A stretch of DNA of 64,000 bases from Anaeromyxobacteraceae bacterium (GCA_047602405.1 JASGHJ010000002.1:2304001-2368000); one strand, 5' to 3'. Positions 49,715 through 60,535 are shown, counted from the first letter of the stretch. The notes: a model not told the origin generated them from the letters alone. Made by a program: numbers and translations.

Positions 49715-50154
49715 GCAGGGCTCCGGTCGGGGTTTCGGGCACCGGCATAGAGCCTCTCCCGCCGCGACGCAACCGGGGGTCTCACCTCCCCCGCGGCTGC
49801 GCCGCAGCGCGCGGGGCTCGGGCCGCCCGTTCGAGCCCCGCCGCACCGAGGAGGTGAGGCTCGGGCGCGCCGCCCCGTTCAGGTACATCGGTCGATCGGC
49901 GCGGCTCGCCCCACCACCTCGTTGCTCGCGACCCAGGCAACCAACTTCGACACGCTGCGGCATCACACCGCGCGAGCCTCGAGAACGCGTCGTCTCCGCG
50001 CTCCGCTGGTCGATTTGTTGGCTTGTGGAGATCCGGACCCGGCGGTAAACAACCAAACGCGTTCGACACCAGGGTCATTCTCGCGCTGTCGCCCTCCCTG
50101 CGGCATCGCGAGACACGGCTCGGGAGGACATGGTTGCCGCAGTCGCTTCTCCGG

Positions 50155-51762
50155 ATGGGGTTTCGGGCCTCCATCCTGACGATGCTGGCGGTCACCGTCG
50201 CCTGCGGGGGAAAGGCCGAGAAGCTCTCGGGCCAGAACCCTCAGGACGGCAGGTGGGGCGATCGCGTTTTCTACGAGGTCTTCGTCCGGAGCTTCGCCGA
50301 CTCGAACGGCGACGGCCGGGGCGATCTCGCGGGGCTCACGGCGCGGCTCGACCAGCTCAACGACGGCGACCCGTCCACCTCGACCGACCTCGGCGTGGAG
50401 GCGCTCTGGCTCATGCCGATCATGACCTCGCCGAGCTACCACGGCTACGACGTCACGAACTACGTCGAGGTCGAGCCCGACTACGGCACGCTCGCCGACT
50501 TCGACGCCCTCACGGCCGCCGCGCACGCCCGGGGGATCAAGGTCATCCTCGACTTCGTCGCGAACCACACCTCGAGCCAGCACCCCTGGTTCGTCGACTC
50601 GGTGCAGGGCGTCGGCGGCCGGCGGGACTGGTACGAGTGGAGCGCCACCGACCCCGGCTGGAAGCGGCCCTGGGACGGGGCGAGCGGCACGTGGCACCCG
50701 CAGAACGGCGCCTGGTACTACGGGGTGTTCACGGCGAGCATGCCCGACCTGAAGCTCGACACGCCCGCCGTCGAGGACGCCCTCGTCTCGGCGATGACGT
50801 TCTGGCTCGACCACGGCGCCGACGGCTTCCGGCTCGACGCCGCGCGCTACCTCGTGGAGACGGGGCCCGGCGCCGGTCAGGCGGACAGCGACGCCACGCA
50901 CGCCTTCCTGAAGCGGCTCCGCGCGCGACTCGCGGTGAAGCACGCGGACGTCTTCCTGGTCGGCGAGGTCTGGACCGCGCTCGAGCGCGCCGCCCTCTAC
51001 CGCGGCGCCGGCGACGAGCTCTCGGCCGTCTTCGCGTTCGACGCCGCCGCCGCGACGGTCTCGGGGCTCGCCTCCGGCAACGCCGGCAACCTCTCCGCCG
51101 CCCTCGGCCGCGCGAACGCGGCGCTCCCGGGCCACGTCGACTTCCAGGCCCCGTTCCTCACGAACCACGACCAGGTCCGGATCGCGCGCCAGGTGGGCGG
51201 CGAGGCCGCCGCGCTGCGCCTCGGCGCCGCGATCCTGCTCGCGCAGCCCGGCCCGCCGTTCCTGTACTACGGCGAGGAGCTCGGGATGATGGGCGGGGCC
51301 TCGTCGGACGACCGCGACAAGCGGACGCCGATGCGCTGGGACGCGGCGCTCCCGTACGCCGGCTTCACGACCGGGAGCCCGTGGTACCTGGGCGCGGACG
51401 AGGCGGCCGGCGTGGACGTCGCGGCGCAGCGGGTGGACCCCGGCTCCCTCTGGAACCTCTACCGGCGGCTCATCGCCCTGCGCAGGGCCACCCCCGCGCT
51501 CGCCGGCGGCGACCTCGCCCTGCCCTCCGCCACCGGGGGCGGCGACGGCCTGCTCGCGCTCGTGCGGACCCTCGACGGGAAGCGGGTCCTCTTCGTCGCG
51601 AACCTCGGGAAGGCCCCGACCGGCGCCTTCACCTTGAACGTCCAGGGCACCCCGACCGTCCTCCTCGCGGAGGGGCTGTCCACCCCGCCCTCGCCCGCCG
51701 CGGGCGCGCTCGCCTTCCCCGACCTCGCCGCGCGCGGCTGGGCCTACCTCACGCTCAACTGA
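50155..51762 (+). CDS. GH13 alpha-amylase lipoprotein (start uncertain)
   Basis: FYEVFVRSFADSNGDG, SPSYHGYD, DGFRLDA, GEVW, FLTNHDQ, YYGEELGM; TVAC lipobox-like. Confidence 0.9.
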   Translation: MGFRASILTMLAVTVACGGKAEKLSGQNPQDGRWGDRVFYEVFVRSFADSNGDGRGDLAGLTARLDQLNDGDPSTSTDLGVEALWLMPIMTSPSYHGYDVTNYVEVEPDYGTLADFDALTAAAHARGIKVILDFVANHTSSQHPWFVDSVQGVGGRRDWYEWSATDPGWKRPWDGASGTWHPQNGAWYYGVFTASMPDLKLDTPAVEDALVSAMTFWLDHGADGFRLDAARYLVETGPGAGQADSDATHAFLKRLRARLAVKHADVFLVGEVWTALERAALYRGAGDELSAVFAFDAAAATVSGLASGNAGNLSAALGRANAALPGHVDFQAPFLTNHDQVRIARQVGGEAAALRLGAAILLAQPGPPFLYYGEELGMMGGASSDDRDKRTPMRWDAALPYAGFTTGSPWYLGADEAAGVDVAAQRVDPGSLWNLYRRLIALRRATPALAGGDLALPSATGGGDGLLALVRTLDGKRVLFVANLGKAPTGAFTLNVQGTPTVLLAEGLSTPPSPAAGALAFPDLAARGWAYLTLN

Positions 51763-51777
51763 ACCAGGAGACTCGAG

Positions 51778-52599
51778 ATGAAGACCACCCTGCGCACCCT
51801 CCTCGCCGCCGCCGCCTTGCTCCTCGCGAGCCGCGCGTCCGCCGGCTCCGTCGTGAAGGTCTCCGACCCCGCCGGCGACGACAACGGGCCGGGCAACTAC
51901 ACCTACCCGACCGACGCCGTGTACAAGCCCGGCTCGTTCGACATCACCGAGTTCGAGGTCGTCGACAACGGGGACACGGTCGAGTTCCGCGTGACGGTGA
52001 AGTCGAAGATCGACGACCCGTGGGACTCCGCCGCCTGGGGCGGCAACGGCTTCTCGGTCCAGATGGCCGCGATCCACCTCGACCTCGACCACAAGGCGGG
52101 GAGCGGCCACACCCAGTCGCTGCCCGGCTTCAACGTGCGCTTCGCGCCGGACGAGGGCTGGGAGAAGTGCGTGATCATCTCGCCGCAGGGCCCGACCCGC
52201 GTGAACTCGGAGATCGACCAGAAGGCCGCGGCCCTCAAGAAGGACATCATCGTCCCGAAGATCACCCGCGCCTCGGGCAAGTCGCTCATCGCCGTCGTCG
52301 ACAAGAAGGATCTCGGCGCGGCCCCGACGCCGGCCTGGGGCTACCAGGTCCTCATGCAGTCGAACGAGGGCTTCCCGGACAAGGGCGACCTCCTCACCCG
52401 CAAGGTGAACGAGTTCGAGGGCCAGCACCGGTTCGGCGGCGGCACCGACTACGACAACGACCCGCAGGTCATGGACATCCTCGTGCCGCCGGGCCAGAAG
52501 CAGTCGGAGATCCTCTCGAAGTGGAACCACGACACGAAGGAGCCCAAGCCCGAGGACCTGTGCGTGGTCCCGATGGTGTACCCGGGCGCCGCGAAGTGA
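51778..52599 (+). CDS. Secreted glucodextranase C-terminal/DOMON-like protein
   Basis: Signal peptide; DPAGDDNGPGNYTYPT...GSFDI...GFSVQM. Confidence 0.85.
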   Translation: MKTTLRTLLAAAALLLASRASAGSVVKVSDPAGDDNGPGNYTYPTDAVYKPGSFDITEFEVVDNGDTVEFRVTVKSKIDDPWDSAAWGGNGFSVQMAAIHLDLDHKAGSGHTQSLPGFNVRFAPDEGWEKCVIISPQGPTRVNSEIDQKAAALKKDIIVPKITRASGKSLIAVVDKKDLGAAPTPAWGYQVLMQSNEGFPDKGDLLTRKVNEFEGQHRFGGGTDYDNDPQVMDILVPPGQKQSEILSKWNHDTKEPKPEDLCVVPMVYPGAAK

Positions 52600-52625
52600 T
52601 TGCCCCGCAGCACGTGGAGACGCCG

Positions 52626-54563
52626 ATGATCAACTGGGGGAAGGGGCTCATCGTCGCGGTCGCGGTGCTCGCGCTCGCCGGACAGGCGCGCGCGGACACC
52701 TCGAACTTCGACATGAGCGGCAAGATCTACACGAAGTACATGTACAAGAACGACAACAGCCAGGGCTGCCTGTCGCTCTCGAACCCGTTCTGGGTCGACA
52801 ACATCGGCGGCTCGAACGGCGCCTGCACCGAGTTCGAGCTCAACATCAAGGGCAAGATCGGGCCGAAGGTCCAGGCCGGCGTCCGGCTCCAGAGCCGCTG
52901 GGGCATGATCTGGCAGGACTGGTGGGAGAACGGCGATCTCAAGCCCGGCGTCGCCGACACGTCCGGCGAGTCGCTCGGCATGAACCACGCCGCGTACATG
53001 AAGCTGCGCGGCGCCTTCTTCCGGATGGCGCCGCCGATCCCGACGGTGCGGTGGGTGACCATCGGCTCGACCGACTACTCGATGTGGAACGAGTGGACGA
53101 TCGGCAAGTCGCGCTACATCGACCGCGACAACGGCTCGGGCCTCTTCTTCGAGGGTGACGCGCTCTCCGCGAAGAAGCTCTCCTACACCGTCGGGGCGAT
53201 GGCGGCCCCGAAGCTGTGGGCCGGCCCCGGCTGGCAGACCGGCCTCAAGGACAACGACCCGAAGGCCTCGCTCTACGGCACCGACTGGGCCTTCGCGGCG
53301 AAGTTCGACAGCCAGACCACCTCCGAGCTCCGCACCCGCCTCATCGCGACCTGGCTGCAGGACTGGGAGGCGGACAAGTACAGCCCGTTCCTCACCGGTG
53401 CGCCCCGCGCCGACCGCAACGCCGACCACGGCGTGGCGCTCGACACCCGGTTCCGCGGCGTCAACGTGACGCTCGACGGCACCTACCAGCCGGAGTGGTA
53501 CGACAAGCTCAACCTCACCGGCCTGGTGGCGTACTCCAACAACTACGTCAACCCGACCTACGCGACGAACCTCGTCACGAACGGTCAAGGCTTCTCGCCG
53601 GTGGTCTTCCGCCAGGACGACGCCGGCAAGGCGGTCGCCTCGGTCGGCTACGCGGGCAAGCTCGACTTCGAGCTCTTCGACCCCTGGGACAACGGCCTCT
53701 CGCTCAAGGGCGAGTACTTCAACATCGGCGCCGAGTACAACGCGGTCATGGGCTCCCGCCGCGAGGCGGACGTGCTCCTCACCGACGGCATCATCACGGG
53801 CGGCTTCACCCGCGGCGGCCAGCTCCCCACCCTCAACGTGGCGAACGAGTTCGTCGACTGGGACGAGCCCTGGTACGAGACCGCGATCGGCTGGACCGGC
53901 GGCACGCTCGTGGGCGAGTACGTGAAGGGCAACCTCAAGGCGAGCCTCGAGGGCACCCTCATCGGCTACAACACGAACGCCCAGAACCGCGACGTGAAGA
54001 AGCAGTTCCCGGACTTCCTCTACACGTCCGGCTTCACCGACACCACGGCGTTCACCGCCGACTCCGACTACGCGAACGTCTACGACCGCGGCCGGGATCC
54101 CCGCAGCGTCTACGCCCAGTGGCAGGACCGGTCCACCTGGCTGTCGGTCCTCAACGTCCAGTACCTCCTGCCGAAGGGCGCCGTGCTCAACGGCAAGCTG
54201 AAGTACGTCCACGACTCCGACAAGCGGATGAAGACGAACGCGGACGACGACTACCTGGGCAAGGCGGCCCTCGGGTTCGTGTCGCTCACGCTCCAGCCCA
54301 CGAACGAGCTCAAGACCAGCGTCGGGTACGAGTTCACGAAGTGGGACGAGGCGAAGCGGAACGGCACCCAGGAGGGCGGCTTCTACGACACGACCACGAC
54401 CCGCCACACCGCCCGGGCCGGCTTCTCCTACGCGTTCGGCGGCGCGCTGATCTCGTACTCGCTCGAGTACTTCCACAAGAACCTGAACCGCGACGAGCGC
54501 GCGTACTACGACATGGTCTGGAACGTCTGGCGCTCGAAGGCGACGTTCGAGGTGGCCTGGTGA
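52626..54563 (+). CDS. Putative outer-membrane beta-barrel protein (645 aa), family unassigned
   Basis: Signal peptide ending ARA; Trp/Tyr-rich amphipathic strands; ends SKATFEVAW. Confidence 0.72.
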   Translation: MINWGKGLIVAVAVLALAGQARADTSNFDMSGKIYTKYMYKNDNSQGCLSLSNPFWVDNIGGSNGACTEFELNIKGKIGPKVQAGVRLQSRWGMIWQDWWENGDLKPGVADTSGESLGMNHAAYMKLRGAFFRMAPPIPTVRWVTIGSTDYSMWNEWTIGKSRYIDRDNGSGLFFEGDALSAKKLSYTVGAMAAPKLWAGPGWQTGLKDNDPKASLYGTDWAFAAKFDSQTTSELRTRLIATWLQDWEADKYSPFLTGAPRADRNADHGVALDTRFRGVNVTLDGTYQPEWYDKLNLTGLVAYSNNYVNPTYATNLVTNGQGFSPVVFRQDDAGKAVASVGYAGKLDFELFDPWDNGLSLKGEYFNIGAEYNAVMGSRREADVLLTDGIITGGFTRGGQLPTLNVANEFVDWDEPWYETAIGWTGGTLVGEYVKGNLKASLEGTLIGYNTNAQNRDVKKQFPDFLYTSGFTDTTAFTADSDYANVYDRGRDPRSVYAQWQDRSTWLSVLNVQYLLPKGAVLNGKLKYVHDSDKRMKTNADDDYLGKAALGFVSLTLQPTNELKTSVGYEFTKWDEAKRNGTQEGGFYDTTTTRHTARAGFSYAFGGALISYSLEYFHKNLNRDERAYYDMVWNVWRSKATFEVAW

Positions 54564-55964
54564 TGACGAACCGCACGCTCCCCGCCCTCTGCACCCTCCT
54601 CGCCCTCTCGGGTTGCGGGCTCGAGAACCTGTTCACCAACGTCGCCCACCAGGAGTACGAGCGGCCGGCCTCCCGGATCGTCGGCACCTTCACCGGCAAC
54701 GACAACCTGAAGGGGATCGACCCCTCGAAGTTCACGGTGCTCGACCCCGCGGGCGCGGCGTTCACGTCCGACGTGCTGTTCCAGGCCACGGCGAAGGGCG
54801 CCGTCTACGACGTCCGGCTCGCCTCCTCGAAGTACAAGATGGTCCGGATGCAGCTGCAGGTCGGCAACTTCGCGGCGCGGGCGATCGTCCCGTCGGTCGG
54901 CGAGGAGACCACGACCTCCGTGGACCTCTCCCCGCACCATGACGGAGACCCTCATCGTCGAGGCGCGCCTCTCCGCGCAGGGGAAGTCCTTCGGGACGCT
55001 CAGCCCGGAGGCCTTCGCCGGCGCGAGCGAGAACATCCGCGCGGCCTTCGACGTCGCCGGGCCGACCCAGGACCTCCTCCGCATGGTCGAGCGGTGCATG
55101 AAGGCCGGCGACCCCGGCATCAGCGTCCCCGACCCGTACTTCTTCACGGTCCCGACCTACAACGCCGACTTCACCGTGAAGGAGAGCGCGCTCTCCTCGA
55201 CCTGGCTCGGCCTCACGCAGATGGACTACACGGGCGACGACCGCACCGACACGGACTCCGTCGCCTTCGACACGCTCCTCGGCCAGGTGGCGCAGCTCTA
55301 CCGCCCCGAGGGCTGCAAGGACCCGGACCGCCTGCGGGTGATGTTCACGGTGGACTTCAACGCCGGCGCGCTCAACGGCAACTGCGGCATCGGCGACCGG
55401 TTCAAGTGGGCGAAGGACAAGCCGGGCAAGACGATGTACTTCGTCGGCTGGGTCCACCAGGAGTCGGAGGTCCAGGACCCGGCGATCAACACGCTCGTCG
55501 GCGCGAGCTCGCCGAACCAGATCCAGATGTACGACGACGCCACGAACGGCGACGAGACCGCGGGCGACAACATCTACACGGTCTACTTCGACGTGCCCCG
55601 GGACCCCGCGAAGCGGCTCCGCCTCGGCTACAAGTACACCTGGGGCCTGCGCGGCCAGCCCTGGTCCGGCAGCGAGGAGTGGCCCGGCAACTCCCGCATC
55701 ATCCAGGTGGAGGACCAGAACGGCGACGGCTTCGTCTACCGCCGCGACGTGTTCGGCGACGAGGCCACCAACAAGGACAAGTCCAACCTCAACACCTCCG
55801 GCAACGGCGTGGTCGGCTGGGACACCGACCTCCACGCGTGCGGCCCGGAGGCCCGCGAGAACAGGTGGGTGAAGGGCAGCGCCTGCGCCTGCGGCGCCTA
55901 CCACACCCCCACCTCGGTCGGCCCCATCACGGTGGCCGAGCCGGCGGGAGGTTGCCAGCCGTAG
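54563..55964 (+). CDS. Hypothetical lipoprotein (frameshift ~54931)
   Basis: TGATG overlap with the barrel gene; LSGC lipobox; MYDDATNGDETAGDNIYT motif. Confidence 0.75.
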
Positions 55965-56037
55965 AGAGTGATGCACAGCAAGACCGCGTCCGGGCAGGTC
56001 AGTCCGGGCGTGCTACCCCGCAGCAAGGAGTCCGATC

Positions 56038-56968
56038 ATGACGAAGAAGCTCCTCCTCGCCTCCCTCGCCGCCGTCACCCTCGCGGCGTGCGGCAGCGAC
56101 AGCAAGAACGACACGAACACCTGCACGGGCACCCCGTTCGCGCAGCCCACCGGCACGGTCGCCGTGAACTTCACGGTCGACGACTCCGTCAACAAGCTCT
56201 ACGGCGCCAATGACCTGGAGTGGAAGGGTCAGATGCTCTACAACTCCACGACCCGCGTCGTGACCGTGGACGACAGCTGGGGCGGCCCCTTCGCGAAGCT
56301 CTACGACGACGGTCCGTGGGAGTGCGGCGGCCACGAGCCCGCGGGCGCGACGGCCGGCGACTACAAGTGGGGCACGACGGTCTTCGTCGCGAAGCCGGCC
56401 ACCGGCTCGACGACGATCGCGTACGGCCTCCAGGACGCCTACTACCAGACCACGTTCGGCAACGGCTGGATCTGGCCGAGCAGCACGAACGGCTCCTTCG
56501 TCGTGTCCTCCACGACGACCGGTGAGGTCACCGCCCAGGGCCTGAACATCCCGGCCTCCGGCACGATCGATTCTCAGGCTCGTCATCGACAAGAACGCGC
56601 TCGACACGACGAACGGCCCGTGGAGCACCGCCACCGTGAAGGTGAAGGGCTCCTCCTGGGCGTGGGGTGAGGTCACCCTGGCCGACGACGGGACGAAGGG
56701 CGACGCCACCGCCGGCGACGGCAAGTACACCTTCGTGCTCTCGAACTACGTGGGCGCGGGCAAGCCCTTCAAGCACACGGGCCTCCTGAAGAGCGGCGCC
56801 ACGGCCGAGTTCATCTTCGTGCTCAACGGCGTGGAGTACAAGCTCGCGAACGGCAACGCGGCCACCACCGGCGTCACCGCCGGGACGAAGGCCTCGGGCG
56901 CGGCGGACTTCACGGCGGCCACCATCAACATCATCGCGAACAAGAACTCCGCCATCACCGTTCCGTAA
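56038..56968 (+). CDS. Hypothetical lipoprotein (frameshift ~56571)
   Basis: AAGGAG RBS; LAAC; KLYDDGPW..GHEP..AGD and LADDGTKGDATAGDGKYT motifs. Confidence 0.78.
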
Positions 56969-56992
56969 GCGCCTCGGACCGGAGTAGCCTGC

Positions 56993-57030
56993 GAGGAGCC
57001 GGCGGGGACTTCCCGCCGGCTCTTCTTCTT
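56993..57030 (+). terminator. Terminator-like hairpin
   Basis: GAGCCGGCGGG-loop-CCCGCCGGCTC followed by TTCTTCTT. Confidence 0.6.
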
Positions 57031-57046
57031 CCCGGAGCACCGCCCC

Positions 57047-58285
57047 GTGCGATCCGCCGCCCTGCTCGCGCTCCTCCTCGCCGGCCCTGCCCCCTCGACG
57101 GGCCCGGGGCAGGATACGGCCGGCCCGCGCCTCGTCGTCTCCTTCGACGACCCGGCGGGCGACGCCTACGGCCCCGGCTCCTACGAGCCGCCGGGCGATC
57201 CCCAGTTCCAGGACGGCGACTTCGACCTGCGCCGCTTCGCCGTGCTCGTCGACGGCGACGACGTCATCCTGGAGGTGACGCTCGGCGCGCCGATCCGCCG
57301 CCCCGACGCGCCCCAGCGCACGAACTCCACCTCCATCGATCTCCTGAACGGCATCTACCTCCAGAACGTGGACGTCTACGTCGACACCGACCGCACCCGG
57401 CCCGGCGCCTCGGCCTGCGTCCCAGGGCGGCGTGTCGCCTTCGCCGGCAACCGGACCTGGGAGCACGCCGTCGTCCTCACCCCGCAGCCCGGCCCGGCGC
57501 GGGCGGTCATCCAGGAGGCGCTCGGCCCGGATTCCGCGCGCGTCGTCGTGCCGGACGGGGTCCTGACCCGCGGCCGGACGCTCGTGGTGCGGCTGCCCGC
57601 GGCCGCCCTCGGCGGCACGCCGGAGCGGTCGTGGGGCTGGTCGGTCCAGGTCTCCGGGGCCCGCTGGGAGCGGAGCTTCGGGGCGCTCGACCGGTTCCGC
57701 GACGCGCGCGAGCTCGACGCGTTCACCATGCCGGTGAACGGCGTGCGCGAAGCCTACGCGTTCGGCGGCGCCCCCTCCGGCCAGGCCTACCCGCGGGTGA
57801 TCGACGTGCTCCTGCCGCCCGGCGTGGACCAGCGGAAGGTGCTCGGCGCGCACGATGCGCGCACCGGCGCCTTCGCGCGGGTCCCGTTCGTCTACGGCGA
57901 CGGCGCGGACCCGTTCCTGCCCGAGGGCGGTGTCGCCCCGGCCTCTGCGCCCACCCCGGCCGTCGCCTCCGTCGCCTCCGCCGCGGCGAACGCGGCGCCC
58001 CTGCCCGAGGCGCTCGCGCCGCGCGCGCTGCCCCGCCCGGACGCGGCCCGCCCGGCAGCCGCCGGCGCGTGGACCGTCGCCGACGTGTCCGGCGATCTCG
58101 TCACGATTGCCGGCCCCGCGGCCGGCCTCGCCGCGCTCCGCATCGGCCGCGTGCTCGGCCCGGACGGCGCGACCGTCGCCCGGGTCGTCGTGGGGCGGGT
58201 GGTCGAGGGCGGCATCACCGCGAGCGTCGTCGAGGGGCGGGACCGGATCGTGCGCGGCGCGGCGGTCCGCTTCGACGCCCCATGA
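57047..58285 (+). CDS. Secreted glucodextranase/DOMON-like protein with extra C-terminal domain
   Basis: DDPAGDAYGPGSYEPP...FDLRRF...LQNVDVYVDTD. Confidence 0.78.
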   Translation: MRSAALLALLLAGPAPSTGPGQDTAGPRLVVSFDDPAGDAYGPGSYEPPGDPQFQDGDFDLRRFAVLVDGDDVILEVTLGAPIRRPDAPQRTNSTSIDLLNGIYLQNVDVYVDTDRTRPGASACVPGRRVAFAGNRTWEHAVVLTPQPGPARAVIQEALGPDSARVVVPDGVLTRGRTLVVRLPAAALGGTPERSWGWSVQVSGARWERSFGALDRFRDARELDAFTMPVNGVREAYAFGGAPSGQAYPRVIDVLLPPGVDQRKVLGAHDARTGAFARVPFVYGDGADPFLPEGGVAPASAPTPAVASVASAAANAAPLPEALAPRALPRPDAARPAAAGAWTVADVSGDLVTIAGPAAGLAALRIGRVLGPDGATVARVVVGRVVEGGITASVVEGRDRIVRGAAVRFDAP

Positions 58286-60096
58286 ACGTCCTCGGCATCT
58301 CGGCCTACTACCACGACGCGGCGGCGTGCCTGCTCGTGGACGGCGAGCCGGTCGCGGCCGCGCAGGAGGAGCGCTTCAGCCGCGTGAAGCACGACGCGCG
58401 CTTCCCCTCCCGCGCCATCGCGGCCTGCCTCGCCCAGGGTGGCCTCGTGGCCGGTGACCTCGACGCGGTCGCCTTCTACGACAAGCCGTTCCTGAAGCTC
58501 GAGCGGATCCTCGAGACCCACCTCGCCGTCGCGCCCCGGGGGCTCGCCGGCTTCCTCGCCGCCATCCCGGTCTGGATCGGCGAGAAGCTCTGGGTCCCCG
58601 ACGCGGTGGAGCAGGCGCTCGGCTTCCGCGGCCCGGTGCTGTTCCCCGAGCACCACCTCTCCCACGCGGCCTCTGCCTTCTTCCCCTCCCCCTTCGACCG
58701 GGCCGCCTTCCTCACCGTCGACGGCGTGGGCGAGTGGGCGACCGCGTCGTGGGGCGTCGGCCGGGAGGGCAAGGTCGAGCTCCAGGCCGAGCTCCGCTTC
58801 CCCCACTCGCTCGGGCTCCTCTACTCGGCGTTCACGACCTTCTGCGGGTTCCGCGTCAACTCCGGCGAGTACAAGCTGATGGGGCTCGCCCCGTACGGCG
58901 AGCCGCGCTACGCGCGCGCCATCCGGGAGCACCTCCTCGACCTCAAGCCCGACGGCTCCTTCCGGCTCGACACCTCGTACTTCGGCTACCTCGGCGGCCT
59001 CTCGATGACGAACGCCCGCTTCGAGCGGCTCTTCGGCGGTCCGCCCCGCCGGCCCGAGGCCCCGCTCACGCGGCGCGAGCTGGACCTCGCCCGCTCGGTG
59101 CAGGAGGTGACCGAGGAGATCGTGCTGCGCATGGCCGCGCACGTCCGCAGGGAGACCGGCGAGCGGGACCTGTGCCTCGCCGGTGGGGTCGCGCTCAACT
59201 GCGTCGCGAACGGGAAGCTCCTGCGCGCCGGCACGTTCGACCGGCTCTGGATCCAGCCCGCCGCGGGCGACGCCGGCGGCGCGCTCGGGGCCGCCTTCGC
59301 GGCCGCGCACCACCACCTCGGCGTCCCGGCGCGGCCAAAGGGCGGCCGCGACCGGATGCGGGGCGGCTTCCTCGGGCCCTCCCACGCGGACGACGCGATC
59401 GCGGCGTTCGTGCGGGAGCGCGGGCTGCCGCACGAGCGGCTCCCGGAGGGCGCCCTCCTCGACCGCGTCGCCGCGGCGCTCGAGGCGGGGCAGGTCGTGG
59501 GCTGGTTCCAGGGGCGCATGGAGTTCGGCCCCCGCGCGCTCGGGAACCGCTCCATCCTGGCGGACCCGCGTGCCCCCGACATGCAGCGCCGGCTCAACCT
59601 CGCCATCAAGTTCCGCGAGGGCTTCCGGCCGTTCGCGCCGGCGGTCCCGGCGGAGCGGGCCGCCGACTGGTTCGACCTCGACGTGCCGAGCCCGTACATG
59701 CTCCTCGTGGCGCAGGTGAAGGCGAGCCGGCTGCGCGTCCCCACCGCGGAGGAGGCCGCGCGCGAGGGGCTCGACCGCCTCTCGGTGGCGCGCTCGGAGA
59801 TCCCCGCGGTCACGCACGTGGACGGCTCGGCGCGCGTCCAGACCGTCTCGCGCGAGGACAACCCGCGCCTCCACGCGCTCCTCGAGCGGTTCGGGGCCCG
59901 TACCGGGTGCCCGGTGCTCGTGAACACCTCCTTCAACGTGCGGGGCGAGCCGCCGGTCGAGTCGCCGCTCGACGCGTGGCGCTGCTTCATGAGCACCGGG
60001 ATGGACCTCCTCGTGCTCGGCGATCACCTGCTCGTGAAGGCGGACCAGCCGGCGCTGCCACAGACCGAGCGGAGGGGGCCCCGTGCGCTGGATTGA
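58282..60096 (+). CDS. O-carbamoyltransferase (CmcH/NodU family, SxtI-like)
   Basis: LGISAYYHD, EERFSR, EHHLSH, DGVGE, GEYKLMGLAPYG, GGVALNC, GPRALGNRS, THVDGSARVQTV. Confidence 0.95.
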   Translation: MNVLGISAYYHDAAACLLVDGEPVAAAQEERFSRVKHDARFPSRAIAACLAQGGLVAGDLDAVAFYDKPFLKLERILETHLAVAPRGLAGFLAAIPVWIGEKLWVPDAVEQALGFRGPVLFPEHHLSHAASAFFPSPFDRAAFLTVDGVGEWATASWGVGREGKVELQAELRFPHSLGLLYSAFTTFCGFRVNSGEYKLMGLAPYGEPRYARAIREHLLDLKPDGSFRLDTSYFGYLGGLSMTNARFERLFGGPPRRPEAPLTRRELDLARSVQEVTEEIVLRMAAHVRRETGERDLCLAGGVALNCVANGKLLRAGTFDRLWIQPAAGDAGGALGAAFAAAHHHLGVPARPKGGRDRMRGGFLGPSHADDAIAAFVRERGLPHERLPEGALLDRVAAALEAGQVVGWFQGRMEFGPRALGNRSILADPRAPDMQRRLNLAIKFREGFRPFAPAVPAERAADWFDLDVPSPYMLLVAQVKASRLRVPTAEEAAREGLDRLSVARSEIPAVTHVDGSARVQTVSREDNPRLHALLERFGARTGCPVLVNTSFNVRGEPPVESPLDAWRCFMSTGMDLLVLGDHLLVKADQPALPQTERRGPRALD

Positions 60097-60508
60097 CGAC
60101 GTGCGCGACGGCCTCACCGGCCTGGATCAGTCCCCGCGCGCGCTGCGGCGGTTCGGGCTGCTCGTCGGCGCGGTGGTGCTCGGGCTCGGGGCGTGGCTGC
60201 TCTGGCGCGGCCACGCACCGGGGAGGCCGCTCGTCGCGCTCGGGCTCGCGCTCCTGACCCTCGGCCTCGCCGCGCCGCTCGTGCTCGGGCCGGTCCACAC
60301 CGCCTGGATGGCCCTCGCCCTCGCGCTCGGGTGGGTCGTCTCCCGGGGGCTCCTCACGATCGTCTTCTTCCTGGCCGTGACGCCGCTCGCGCTCCTCGCC
60401 CGCCTCGCGGGGAAGCGCTTCCTCGACCTCCGCCCCGATCCTGCCGCGCCGACCTACTGGAGCCGGCGCGCGCCGGACCGGCCGTCCCGGCTCGACAAGA
60501 TGTACTAG
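60083..60508 (+). CDS. SxtJ-family membrane protein
   Basis: LRRFGL...WMALALALGWVVSR...FFLAVTP...TYW. Confidence 0.85.
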   Translation: MRWIDDVRDGLTGLDQSPRALRRFGLLVGAVVLGLGAWLLWRGHAPGRPLVALGLALLTLGLAAPLVLGPVHTAWMALALALGWVVSRGLLTIVFFLAVTPLALLARLAGKRFLDLRPDPAAPTYWSRRAPDRPSRLDKMY

Positions 60509-60535
60509 AGTGGCGGCCGTCTCCAGGGAGCCCGC

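Noticed and set aside
46172..50056. 1294-aa extended pullulanase start from the ORF track
   Set aside because: The signal peptide and lipobox begin at 49714; the extension looks non-coding.
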